A stretch of DNA of 52,570 nucleotides, taken from positions 1 to 52,570 of IMG/VR virus record IMGVR_UViG_3300049482_000051; one strand, 5' to 3'. Under the pieces are notes generated by a model, which had not been told where the DNA came from, made no database searches, and worked only from the letters and a program-made list of their open reading frames with translations. The DNA comes from a virus (lineage: Duplodnaviria; Caudoviricetes). A program made the translations under genes and the position numbers. Positions 43,704 to 52,570 of this stretch are shown here, in pieces (position 1 is the stretch's first letter; every line of letters begins with the position of its first letter).

Positions 43704-46063
43704 TGACGGCACTAGGTCGCAGAGACTACAAGTTCTTCGACATTACCCGGCTGCGCCAGGTAGGCTCGCGCTTCTTTGCGATGTCCGGACTGCGCCAGAC
43801 GGTACTGGTGGCGACGGTTTCCGGAGGGTTGACGAGCATCGTGGGCGAGACCGCAGACCTGGGCGCCGAAGCCATTGACGTTGTCGCGGTGAGCACGGAT
43901 CTCTTCATCCTCCTGGAGAATGGGGTCGCAGTAGCCGGAGTAGCCGACACCCCCGTCGTGTCCGATTCCGTGACCTATGATGTGGGCGACGGCCAGTGGA
44001 TCCTGGCGTCTGGGAACTACGTCATCGCGCCGGCCAAGGGCGGACTCCGCGTCTTTGATGCTGACGACCTGGATACTTTCACGTTCACTACGGCACCCGG
44101 GATGGGCGCCAGCACCGCAGCGGCAATTAGTTCCGAGGACCTCCTGTACGTCGCCGACGGCGTGCGCGCCAAGATCCACGTGTTCCGCGTCCTGGGAAAC
44201 ATCGCGGTCTACGTGAATAGCTTCCGCGCGCCGAACTGCCGCGATATAATCAAAGTGGAACTCGACGAGGCCAATGAGACCTTGATTGTCCTGTGCAAGC
44301 GCAATGCTGTGCAGTTCAGCATCCCGAACACCGGAGTCGAGGATAGCGACGTTGAGGTCGTGAAAGTCTCGGAGTCTGGAGACGTGGGCTACGACTACTC
44401 GGACGTTGTTGTGACGCCAGATGGCTACTGGTTCGGCGTCGATGGCGATACCCCGCTGAATCCGAACGCGGGACACTTCATGGGCCGCCAATACGGAGTG
44501 TTCAACGCTTCGACGGACGAGCTTATCCTGGCCTGCCCCGACCAGTGCTGGTTCGCCGCGAGCAATGTTGTTCCGCTAGTCGAAGAGGTCTCCGAAGTTG
44601 AGGACGTGGTGGACGAAGTCGTTCCGCCGCCCGTCATCGTCACCCCTGCGGCCCCTGTCATTACGTCGCTCCTGACGGACGACACGGTCGAAGACACACT
44701 GTGGACCTATACTATCACGGCGACCGGGTCTGGCCCGATATATTTTGATATCGCGTCACCCCCGTCATGGCTGACCAGTATTAACCATATTACCGGAGTA
44801 ATCTCTGGAACTCCGCCTGATGCGGCGACCGTGAACCTGAACATCACGGCGACCAACGCGGGCGGCACGGACTCAGAGACCCTGGTTCTCACGGTGGAGG
44901 GTGCTCTGGGCGACGTGAGTGCTGTACGCACTAACGGCCCCGTGACCGCCTTGCGCGTTGTCGGGACTCTCCTGTATGTCGGTGGCGCGTTCAGCAGCGT
45001 AACCGACAGCAGCGGAACGGTCACGCGAAACTTCGCCGCTTGCCTAAATCTCCAGACGGGCCTATGGACGGCATGGAACCCAAACTGCGCTGGGTCTTCG
45101 ATCCAGGCTATCGGAAGCGACGGCTCCTATATTTACCTGGGCTTCGCCGCCCCCGCAGGCACGATTGGCGGTACCACCCGTAATGGATGCGGGCGAGTCA
45201 ACCCCACCACGGGGGCCTTGGATTCTTGGAACCCGAACATCGACGGTGGCGTTGAGGACTTCCTGTTTGACGGCTCAGATATGTACGTCTGCGGCGCGTT
45301 CTTCACTGCGGGCGGAAATCCGCACGAGTACGTCGCCAAGTATTCTGGGACTACCCTCCAATCTTGGCGACCCCAGGAAAACATCGGTGGTGGCGGCCCA
45401 CGGTACTTGGTGGCCCACAGCGCCAACCGAGTCTCCAGGATGTTCGACAGGGGAGGGAATATCGCTCTTTTCGGCGGTATGGCCATGCGGGACGTGGTCT
45501 CTGGCTACTGGGGACAAGAACTCCTGGAGGTGTCGAAAACGACCGCCCTTCCGACGCTCAGTGTCAACGGCACGAACTCCGGGTGCCTCATCGCAGCCGT
45601 TCAGGCCGGCGGGTCCGTGTATTGTGGAGAGATCAACGGCGGGACGACTTACTACACTACACTGCCAACCGAGGCGCCGCAGTTTGGGCCGTTCGCCCCC
45701 CGTCACCCCGTCTCCTACACTAACACCACCTTCAACACCTCCTGGAACCCGGTCTTCCTCAACGGATCCACCGGCAATATCTTGGCCCTCGCTGAAGTCG
45801 ACGGGGACCTGATTATAGCGGGCGGCTACACTCAACTGAATGGCAACACCAACCATGAGTACCTGAACCGGGTGACGACATCTGGGGCCACGGTTTCGGG
45901 CTTCGTCGCCGCCTGGGCAGGCGGGGCCCCGTCCTGCACCGCACTGGCGACCTTCTCCAGCGCGGTCATCGTCGGTGGCACATTCGGTGGCTCCATCACG
46001 CTGAATGGCGCCGACCGCGACAACATTGCCTTCCTGAACAAAGATACCGGAGCCGTGCTCTAA
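43703..46063 (+). CDS. tail spike/receptor-binding protein (propeller - Ig-like - propeller)
   Basis: APVITS...YTITATG...PSWL..I...TGVISGTP...ITATN..G (putative Ig domain); repeated LYVGGAF/WNP blades. Confidence 0.7.
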   Translation: MTALGRRDYKFFDITRLRQVGSRFFAMSGLRQTVLVATVSGGLTSIVGETADLGAEAIDVVAVSTDLFILLENGVAVAGVADTPVVSDSVTYDVGDGQWILASGNYVIAPAKGGLRVFDADDLDTFTFTTAPGMGASTAAAISSEDLLYVADGVRAKIHVFRVLGNIAVYVNSFRAPNCRDIIKVELDEANETLIVLCKRNAVQFSIPNTGVEDSDVEVVKVSESGDVGYDYSDVVVTPDGYWFGVDGDTPLNPNAGHFMGRQYGVFNASTDELILACPDQCWFAASNVVPLVEEVSEVEDVVDEVVPPPVIVTPAAPVITSLLTDDTVEDTLWTYTITATGSGPIYFDIASPPSWLTSINHITGVISGTPPDAATVNLNITATNAGGTDSETLVLTVEGALGDVSAVRTNGPVTALRVVGTLLYVGGAFSSVTDSSGTVTRNFAACLNLQTGLWTAWNPNCAGSSIQAIGSDGSYIYLGFAAPAGTIGGTTRNGCGRVNPTTGALDSWNPNIDGGVEDFLFDGSDMYVCGAFFTAGGNPHEYVAKYSGTTLQSWRPQENIGGGGPRYLVAHSANRVSRMFDRGGNIALFGGMAMRDVVSGYWGQELLEVSKTTALPTLSVNGTNSGCLIAAVQAGGSVYCGEINGGTTYYTTLPTEAPQFGPFAPRHPVSYTNTTFNTSWNPVFLNGSTGNILALAEVDGDLIIAGGYTQLNGNTNHEYLNRVTTSGATVSGFVAAWAGGAPSCTALATFSSAVIVGGTFGGSITLNGADRDNIAFLNKDTGAVL

Positions 46064-47415
46064 TGGCCTACCCGCCCTACCTCGCTCGCATCACGCACTT
46101 TACTTTCGACGCCACGGCAGGCATTGATTCTCCCGCGCCAAGCGGCGTGGACGCGGAACTGAACTCGCTCCTGGAGTCGGTGAACCAGCAGAACCTCTTC
46201 ATCCGCCGGATCACCACGGCTGATGGAAACCTGAAGAACTTGGCCGTTGCGACGGCTCAGGCTCTCGCGGGCACCCAGGAGTTTGTGGCGACCGCGAGCC
46301 AAACGGCGTTCCTGACGAGCATCGCCTGGTCCTCGTCGTTCAGCAATTTGAACGTCATGGTATTCTCCGGTTCGACGCGCTTCGCAACCTCGGCTGTCGC
46401 GGTGGCCGATAGCGGCGGATTCCTCCAGGTTACTCTGGCGGCCCAGGCCCTCAACACGTCAATCACCGTGTTCGCCTTTGAATCTGGCGCTGGGCTCCTG
46501 ACGCGACTCCAGACTGTCTCTGCATCCGACGGCGCCCATCTCCTGGCAATCGAGGACGCCGGAGCCTACACGGCTGTGGCCACAGTAGAGGCCGCGATCC
46601 AGGAACTCTACGACCACACCCAGGGTGCGGCGGGTAAGACCTGGCTCGAAGGCGTCCTAGTCATGTCAGGCTACCTGGCTAAGACTGGCGGCACGATGAC
46701 TGGCAACATTGCCATGTCTACTGGCGCCACGGTTACTGGACTCCCTGCGTCTGCGTCTAACGGGCAAGCTGTGCGTCACGAACAGATCGTCGCGCTCCAG
46801 AGTTCTATCACGGGCATCACGTCAATCTTCATGCCCAAGTCTGGCGGAACGTTCACCGGACCCGTGAACTTTGGTAGCCAGACGACCACGGGCGTCGTGA
46901 CTCCGACGACCTCGGACGCCATTGCTAGCAAGGGATACGTCGACACCACGCTGGCAAGCTTCGGTGGTCTCCCGGTTGGGACCATGGTTGACTTCGCTGC
47001 CGCGTCAGCCCCGACTGGCTGGCTGCTGTGCGACGGCGCGACAATCTCGCGTACCGTTTATGCCTCGCTGTTCGCCGCTATTGGCGTAGGCTTTGGCGCC
47101 GGAGACGGCGTGACGACCTTTGCCGTTCCAGACTTCCGTGGACGCGTTGCCGTGGGCTCGGGGGCAGGCTCTGGCCTTACCGCGCGCACCCTGGCTCAGA
47201 CTGGCGGCGAGGAAACTCACGTTCTGACCATCGCGGAAATGCCTGCGCACACCCACGATATCATCTCCAATAGCTCCGATTCCGGATTCACCGGAACTCC
47301 TCGGGCCGACGGCGACGCAGCGGATTCCACGACGGCGACGCAGAGCCGGGGCCTCGATGGCGCACATAACACCATGCAGCCATTCCTCGTTGCTACCAAG
47401 ATCATCAAGTACTAA
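46063..47415 (+). CDS. tail fibre with a tail-collar domain
   Basis: PVGTMVDFA...PTGWLLCDG..ISRTVYASLFAAIG...FAVPDFRGRV; GGEETHVLT..EMPAHTH; HNTMQPF. Confidence 0.88.
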   Translation: MAYPPYLARITHFTFDATAGIDSPAPSGVDAELNSLLESVNQQNLFIRRITTADGNLKNLAVATAQALAGTQEFVATASQTAFLTSIAWSSSFSNLNVMVFSGSTRFATSAVAVADSGGFLQVTLAAQALNTSITVFAFESGAGLLTRLQTVSASDGAHLLAIEDAGAYTAVATVEAAIQELYDHTQGAAGKTWLEGVLVMSGYLAKTGGTMTGNIAMSTGATVTGLPASASNGQAVRHEQIVALQSSITGITSIFMPKSGGTFTGPVNFGSQTTTGVVTPTTSDAIASKGYVDTTLASFGGLPVGTMVDFAAASAPTGWLLCDGATISRTVYASLFAAIGVGFGAGDGVTTFAVPDFRGRVAVGSGAGSGLTARTLAQTGGEETHVLTIAEMPAHTHDIISNSSDSGFTGTPRADGDAADSTTATQSRGLDGAHNTMQPFLVATKIIKY

Positions 47416-47424
47416 GGCACCATC

Positions 47425-48351
47425 ATGGCTGAACAAGACGACGATTTCGGCGCACAGTTGGGCTCCATGGACCGCGCGCAGTTGCGGGCGCTCGCGGAGG
47501 AATACCAGCAGCGCATGAACCAGGGTTTCGCCCTCAGTAATCCTGGCGGCGGCAAGGCCCCGACGATCCATAGCGCTACGCCAGATCCACACAAGTGGAC
47601 CCAGACCAGCGTGTCGGACTACAACACTGAGACCTTCCGCGACACCGCAGGGTTGGCTAGTGGCTATGGCGCGTACAAGCGCTACACGCGTAGCAAGAGT
47701 GATCGCAAGAAAAAGAAGAAGTACGACGAGGCCATGCGTGCCGAAAAGGCTCGTCAGAGCGGAATCGCCGGAGAGCGCCTGCGTTCCATCCAGGGCCAAC
47801 TGAAAACCCTGGACATGCGGGACAAGGTAAACACGCAGTTCAAGGACATGGACATGGAGGGGCTCTTCAAGCGCATTGCCGACCAGGGTCTCCAGGCCAA
47901 CATGCTCGGAATCACCCAGCAGTACGAAGACTTCAGCCGCCAAGGTGGCTTCGGGGCTGCACAGACCGGGCTCTCCGGTAGCTCGGTGGACGCAGAGCGC
48001 TTGGCCGACACGGACGCAGCGGAACAGGGCGACCGTAGCCAGGCGGTGGCGCAGAGCCAGAACCAGCTTAGCCAGATGACGCAGCAAAGCGACATGGCGC
48101 GTCGGCAACTCCTGGATTCTGTGAGTTCCTCGAATCCTGGCGAAGAGGCGCGTCTCGGCGGCGAGTTGGCCAATATCCAAAACCAGGCGAACTCGTTTGG
48201 CCAGAATGCCCAAGGGCAGATGTGGCAGCAGCAGAACAACGCGGCTGGTATGAACGGCCAGTCCCAGGCGCTCGGCGGGCTCTTGTCTACCTACTCCACG
48301 CTCTATACTCAGAATAACCGCCAAGAAGAGATTAACCGGAGAGGTTACTAA
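47425..48351 (+). CDS. internal virion (ejection) protein
   Basis: Gln/Ala-rich helical protein after the tail genes. Confidence 0.6.
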   Translation: MAEQDDDFGAQLGSMDRAQLRALAEEYQQRMNQGFALSNPGGGKAPTIHSATPDPHKWTQTSVSDYNTETFRDTAGLASGYGAYKRYTRSKSDRKKKKKYDEAMRAEKARQSGIAGERLRSIQGQLKTLDMRDKVNTQFKDMDMEGLFKRIADQGLQANMLGITQQYEDFSRQGGFGAAQTGLSGSSVDAERLADTDAAEQGDRSQAVAQSQNQLSQMTQQSDMARRQLLDSVSSSNPGEEARLGGELANIQNQANSFGQNAQGQMWQQQNNAAGMNGQSQALGGLLSTYSTLYTQNNRQEEINRRGY

Positions 48352-49103
48352 TGGTTGCTCCCTTACTCGCATTGATTGGCTACGGCGCCCAGGCCTACGG
48401 CTCGGACCAGCAGAAGCAGGCCCAGGCCGTCGCGGATTACACAGCGTCCATAAACAACCGGTTTAACTCGGCTGGCCGTGAGGCTGAGCAGGCGCAGAGC
48501 AACGCGGCGTATGATAACCTTGGTGGTCAGTGGAATGACTCGAATGCCTTGGCTGTCGACGAGCAGGGGGCTCCGCAACAGCGCATGGCGTTTGATAACG
48601 CTGGGGCCGCCCTCGGAGGCCAGATTGCTCAGGCGGCTGGGCAACCCGGAGCCATTGATCCTCAGGTTATGGCGAGCGCAGACAACACGGCCTTCACGCG
48701 CGCCATGGCGTCGAAGAACAAGGGCAACCAGATCCGCACGAACGCGCTGAACAAGGTCCTTGAAAACAATGCTGGCCTGGACGCCAAGAATACCTTGATT
48801 AACAACAGCAACCTGGATAACCAGGATCGCAAGGGCCAGATCGCTCAGCGTATCCACCAGATCCAGATGCTCCAGAACTACGCGAATGGCGTACGCGACG
48901 CAGCGCTCCAGAAGACTGGAGCACAACACGCTCTTGACGGCGCGTCGGCAGCCAGTACAGGTTCAGGTGCCATGTACCTCGGGGCTTTGCTCCAGGCGGG
49001 CGCAGTGCTCTCTAATCGTCCTCAGTACGGCCAGACGGCTACCGGCCCGCTTAACGGTGTGGATAGCCCAAGTAACCTCGGCAACACGAACCCTCAGGTA
49101 TAA
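48351..49103 (+). CDS. internal virion (ejection) protein
   Basis: Hydrophobic N-terminus, Ala/Gln/Asn-rich; TAATG-coupled. Confidence 0.6.
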   Translation: MVAPLLALIGYGAQAYGSDQQKQAQAVADYTASINNRFNSAGREAEQAQSNAAYDNLGGQWNDSNALAVDEQGAPQQRMAFDNAGAALGGQIAQAAGQPGAIDPQVMASADNTAFTRAMASKNKGNQIRTNALNKVLENNAGLDAKNTLINNSNLDNQDRKGQIAQRIHQIQMLQNYANGVRDAALQKTGAQHALDGASAASTGSGAMYLGALLQAGAVLSNRPQYGQTATGPLNGVDSPSNLGNTNPQV

Positions 49104-49106
49104 CAC

Positions 49107-50096
49107 ATGCCACGCTTCGATCAAATCGCCCAAGCGGCAAACACTCCCGGCGGCTTCCAGGCTGGCGTCAACGACATCGTTGCGGCCATCATGGGCGCGG
49201 ACGCGGAGAAGTTCAAGGCCGCAAAGCAGGCCGAGGCCGACGCGGCTAGTTCGGACCTTAATAAGCAGAAAATGTCTGAAATGATCCGGGCTAACGCGGC
49301 CCAGGAAGGTCTTCGCAGCCAGGATATTGCGGGTGACGAAGCGTTCCGTCGGGATAGCTTGGGCGAGACTATACGGCATAACGGGGTCATGGAGCAGCGT
49401 CCTGTCGGCGGGGCTGGCACGGATCCCTCGCTCGTTGAGCAGCGCGGACACGCCATCGACCGGTCTGATGCAAATACTATGGCGGGCATGGTCGATGACA
49501 ATACGGCCTGGATTGACCAGGAGATCCCACCGGATCCGCTGGCTGTCAATGGCAAGCCGACATTCAAGAAGGTCCGGGGTCCAGCGTCGGATACGCAGAT
49601 GCAGATGCGGGATGCCGAGTTCGCTAGACTCCGGGCCGCTCGTGCCAATGCGTCTGCTGGCGGCCAGGGCGCCACAGGCCAAAAGCCCCAAGGACGCGGA
49701 AGCGTCTTGGACGGCGTTATGCCAGACCTGCCGAAGGCTGGTGGCGCTCCTACGAGCCCGGGTGCTCGGCCCATCCCGGTTCCGCTTGGCAACACGGCGG
49801 ATCAGCGCGCTCCGGTCGGTCCTCAGACTGGTGTTCCTACGCCCCCTCGCGCCGAGGGCAAGGCAGGAAACGCTCCCGTCAGCCCTGGCGCGCAGCCGAC
49901 CGAGGTCCCCCTGGCTCAGGGTGCGTCCAAGAACCTCCAGCCGCTGCAATCCCTGCGGGACCGGGCGACCGGAGTGCCTATTGACTTCGACGCCCTCGAC
50001 GCTAAATATCAGGAGCTGAGCCCCGCGTACCGCCAGAAGCGCTCCAGTCCCACTTGGAACTGGAAGAAGTTCTTGCAGGATAATGCGGCGCAATAA
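49107..50096 (+). CDS. internal virion (ejection) protein
   Basis: Ala/Gly/Pro-rich; same operon. Confidence 0.55.
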   Translation: MPRFDQIAQAANTPGGFQAGVNDIVAAIMGADAEKFKAAKQAEADAASSDLNKQKMSEMIRANAAQEGLRSQDIAGDEAFRRDSLGETIRHNGVMEQRPVGGAGTDPSLVEQRGHAIDRSDANTMAGMVDDNTAWIDQEIPPDPLAVNGKPTFKKVRGPASDTQMQMRDAEFARLRAARANASAGGQGATGQKPQGRGSVLDGVMPDLPKAGGAPTSPGARPIPVPLGNTADQRAPVGPQTGVPTPPRAEGKAGNAPVSPGAQPTEVPLAQGASKNLQPLQSLRDRATGVPIDFDALDAKYQELSPAYRQKRSSPTWNWKKFLQDNAAQ

Positions 50097-50109
50097 CTAG
50101 GAGCGCCAA

Positions 50110-52570
50110 GTGACTGATCCATTTGCTAATGCCAATTTCGATGGATACGAAGACACCCCGGCGCCGCTAGTAAATCAGGTTCCCGTTCCGCAACCACGTC
50201 CGGCGCCAGTTGATCCTGGAGCTACGGATCCATTTGCTGGTGCGGACTTCGGGCGCTACGAAGAGACTCCTGCTCCCCTGCTCTCGAAGCCTGTGGCTCC
50301 GACGCGCGCTCCGGCGTTTGGTGCACCTCCGGCACGTAAGCAACTCCAAGCGCTGAACCAGGCCTCTGGCGGCTTGGCCACTCCTGACGACTATATGTGG
50401 GCCGAGGAATCGGCGCTCAAGAAAGCCCTGGAAACCAACGACGTTGCCAGCGCCGAAGAGCTCATTGATTTAGGGGTAAATAAAGATGGCCTCCGGAAGA
50501 TCCTGAGTTCCTGGAACGGGAGCCTCGGCGACATCTACGAGTCCACGGGTGGCATGAGTCGCGCGGATCAGAAGCGTCTCTACGAAGCCATTGACGCACC
50601 CAACGGCGTGAATCGCTCGGATCGCTTGCTGAATCGTGCGCGTCAGGCTAACGGTGGCAATACTCCGCAAGCACACGCTATCTATGACATGACCCGGCAG
50701 CAGTACGGCATGCCAAGCGTTGACGCCCAGAACATCGCGCCGGTCGAAACTGGCATGGTTGACCAGTTCCTTGGCAATTTCCAAGCCGGTGCTGTGCGCA
50801 CCCAGAACGCCCTGGGCGCTGCGGCTCTCGGCGTCGCGGGCCAGGGTAACTACTTCCCCGAGGCGGCTGCGGAATCCGCGAAGGTTCTGCCGCCGGCTCC
50901 TACGAGCTTTGGTGGTGAGCTTGCTGCGGTTATCGGCGGCGGCCTGGAGTCTGTGGCCGAAGGCGTCGTAGCAGGTCCATTGACCAAGGGTCTCGGCGTT
51001 GGTGAGAAAGCCCTGCCCTACGTGGCCGGTGGCCTTCCAAGCGTCCCGGCGTCCCTGAATACGTATGGCGAAGCCCTGAACTCCGGGTCCAGCCAAGGCG
51101 TCGCAATCGGCAAGGCTCTCGCAAATGTCGCTGTCGACACCGCCACCGAAGGCGCCGGAGGCATCCGTGGTGCAGATCGCCTCTCGCTCCCAGGAGCCGT
51201 GCAAGCCGCGAAGCCAGGCATGCGCCAGGGCCTCGAAGAAGTCTTGCTCGGAGATATCGGTGGCGAGCACTTGGCTTCGCTGCTCCAAAACGAATCATCG
51301 CGTCGCCTGGATGCTTATGACGGGAAGTACGAAGCTCCCTCGTTGCCGAGCGCGGCGGAAGCCATTGGTACCACCGTTGTGGCCGGCGGACCTGGTGCTG
51401 CGGGCGTCGCGCGGAGTGCAGTTGAAGATGCAGTAACCGGACCGCCTCAGGCTCAGATCAATCTGGACGACCCTGAGTTCCAGGGGCCTAAGGACCGCCT
51501 GACGTTCCTCAAGGAGCGCTTGTATGACGAAGTCGAGGGCGACGAAGCCAAGCAGATCCTGTCGGAAATCGACGCTATTGAGAACCAGTCGCCTGAGGTC
51601 GAAGACCCGCTCGCGGCGGAAATCGACGCCTTTGAGAAAGCCCAGCCGCAAGACCTCCAAGACGTCACGGAAACCTCGGTCGACATTGGCACGCCCACGG
51701 GCTACGACCAAGTCCTCGCAAGCCAGGAAGACGAGAAGGACGCTGCCCCTGTGGTTCCGGGCACTCCTGGCCTCACCATTGCCCCCAAGGAAACTTCAAG
51801 CACTCCAGGTCCTGAGCAGCTTAGCCCCCTGGGCCGTCGTGCGTACAATTCGCTGAGTGACGTCGAACGCAGCCAGCCAGAGATTTCTGAAGTACTTAAC
51901 CGCCTCAAGGAGAATCCAAGTGACCTCGACGCCGCAGACATCGTTACTGCCCGAAATGCTATCCGAAATCGCCGGATTATGCCTAAGCCGGTTCGCGTGG
52001 ACAGTGCTCCCGTGCCGCCAGTCGCACAAGCCGCGCCAGTGGTTCGGGAGGCTCCAGCCGCGCCCAAGCAAACCCAGGAAACGCTGAACTATGAACAGTC
52101 CACTGTTCCCAGTGATCCCGTGGCACCGGTTGCCCAAGCGACACAAAGCACGGAAGCTCCAAGCGCTCCTAAACGCTCAGCGTTCCCGGCCCAGAGAGGT
52201 TCGCTCAAAGGCGCCCGTGCAGAGCGTCAAGTCTTCGGACCAGACCTAGGTGTCAAGCACGCAGCCCCTCCTGGATCCCAGGAGATCGGGGTTCGTGTAG
52301 CCAAGGATTCCGGGTTCGTCAAGATGCACGTCAAGATGGCGGGGAAGTACGGCGTTGCCGTGCACCCGACTCGTGGCGGAGTCTTGGCTGTGACCAGGAC
52401 TGACGAGAAAGGACGCCCGGACGAGAACGGCGTCGAGTTCCGGCCAGTTGGCCCGGATGGCCTGCCGACGGCGTGGAGCGAGGGCACCAATATCCCGAAG
52501 TTCGATACTGACCGGGATGCCATTCGCTTCATCGCGCGCAACTTCTCTGAGGGCAATGCACCCAAGGGCG
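50110..52570 (+). CDS. N-terminal part of the very large virion/ejection protein (runs off the window end; absent from the ORF track)
   Basis: GTG at 50110 after TAGGAG; MTDPFANANFDGY...DPFAGADFGRY; no stop found in this frame up to ...FSEGNAPKG (about 820 codons). Confidence 0.75.
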   Translation, partial: MTDPFANANFDGYEDTPAPLVNQVPVPQPRPAPVDPGATDPFAGADFGRYEETPAPLLSKPVAPTRAPAFGAPPARKQLQALNQASGGLATPDDYMWAEESALKKALETNDVASAEELIDLGVNKDGLRKILSSWNGSLGDIYESTGGMSRADQKRLYEAIDAPNGVNRSDRLLNRARQANGGNTPQAHAIYDMTRQQYGMPSVDAQNIAPVETGMVDQFLGNFQAGAVRTQNALGAAALGVAGQGNYFPEAAAESAKVLPPAPTSFGGELAAVIGGGLESVAEGVVAGPLTKGLGVGEKALPYVAGGLPSVPASLNTYGEALNSGSSQGVAIGKALANVAVDTATEGAGGIRGADRLSLPGAVQAAKPGMRQGLEEVLLGDIGGEHLASLLQNESSRRLDAYDGKYEAPSLPSAAEAIGTTVVAGGPGAAGVARSAVEDAVTGPPQAQINLDDPEFQGPKDRLTFLKERLYDEVEGDEAKQILSEIDAIENQSPEVEDPLAAEIDAFEKAQPQDLQDVTETSVDIGTPTGYDQVLASQEDEKDAAPVVPGTPGLTIAPKETSSTPGPEQLSPLGRRAYNSLSDVERSQPEISEVLNRLKENPSDLDAADIVTARNAIRNRRIMPKPVRVDSAPVPPVAQAAPVVREAPAAPKQTQETLNYEQSTVPSDPVAPVAQATQSTEAPSAPKRSAFPAQRGSLKGARAERQVFGPDLGVKHAAPPGSQEIGVRVAKDSGFVKMHVKMAGKYGVAVHPTRGGVLAVTRTDEKGRPDENGVEFRPVGPDGLPTAWSEGTNIPKFDTDRDAIRFIARNFSEGNAPKG

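Overview
This window looks like a nearly complete, circularly permuted genome of a lytic-looking podovirus-type dsDNA phage (about 60% GC by eye; no integrase, repressor or phage RNA polymerase recognised). Two arms diverge from a ~1 kb non-coding region at about 27.2-28.2 kb. The minus-strand arm (27.2 kb to 3.5 kb) carries, in order: small early genes; a tandem array of eight divergent paralogous 'MPW...' genes; a candidate small RNA and a type I hammerhead ribozyme; a putative amidoligase plus class II glutamine amidotransferase pair; a divergent P-loop helicase, family A DNA polymerase and SNF2-like helicase; a 3D-domain protein; GroES; Cas4-like and RuvC-like nucleases; and nucleotide hydrolases. 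The plus-strand arm (28.2 kb to the end, apparently continuing at 1-3555) carries terminase, an endonuclease VII, virion appendage proteins, lysis candidates, portal, scaffold, capsid, tail and ejection proteins. It ends in a >2000 aa PLxRFG-type polyvalent virion protein split by the window ends. The most striking region is 16.8-24.9 kb (paralog array, sRNA, ribozyme, amidoligase/GATase with extra small beta-barrel domains). All family assignments come from motifs recognised by eye, not from database searches.
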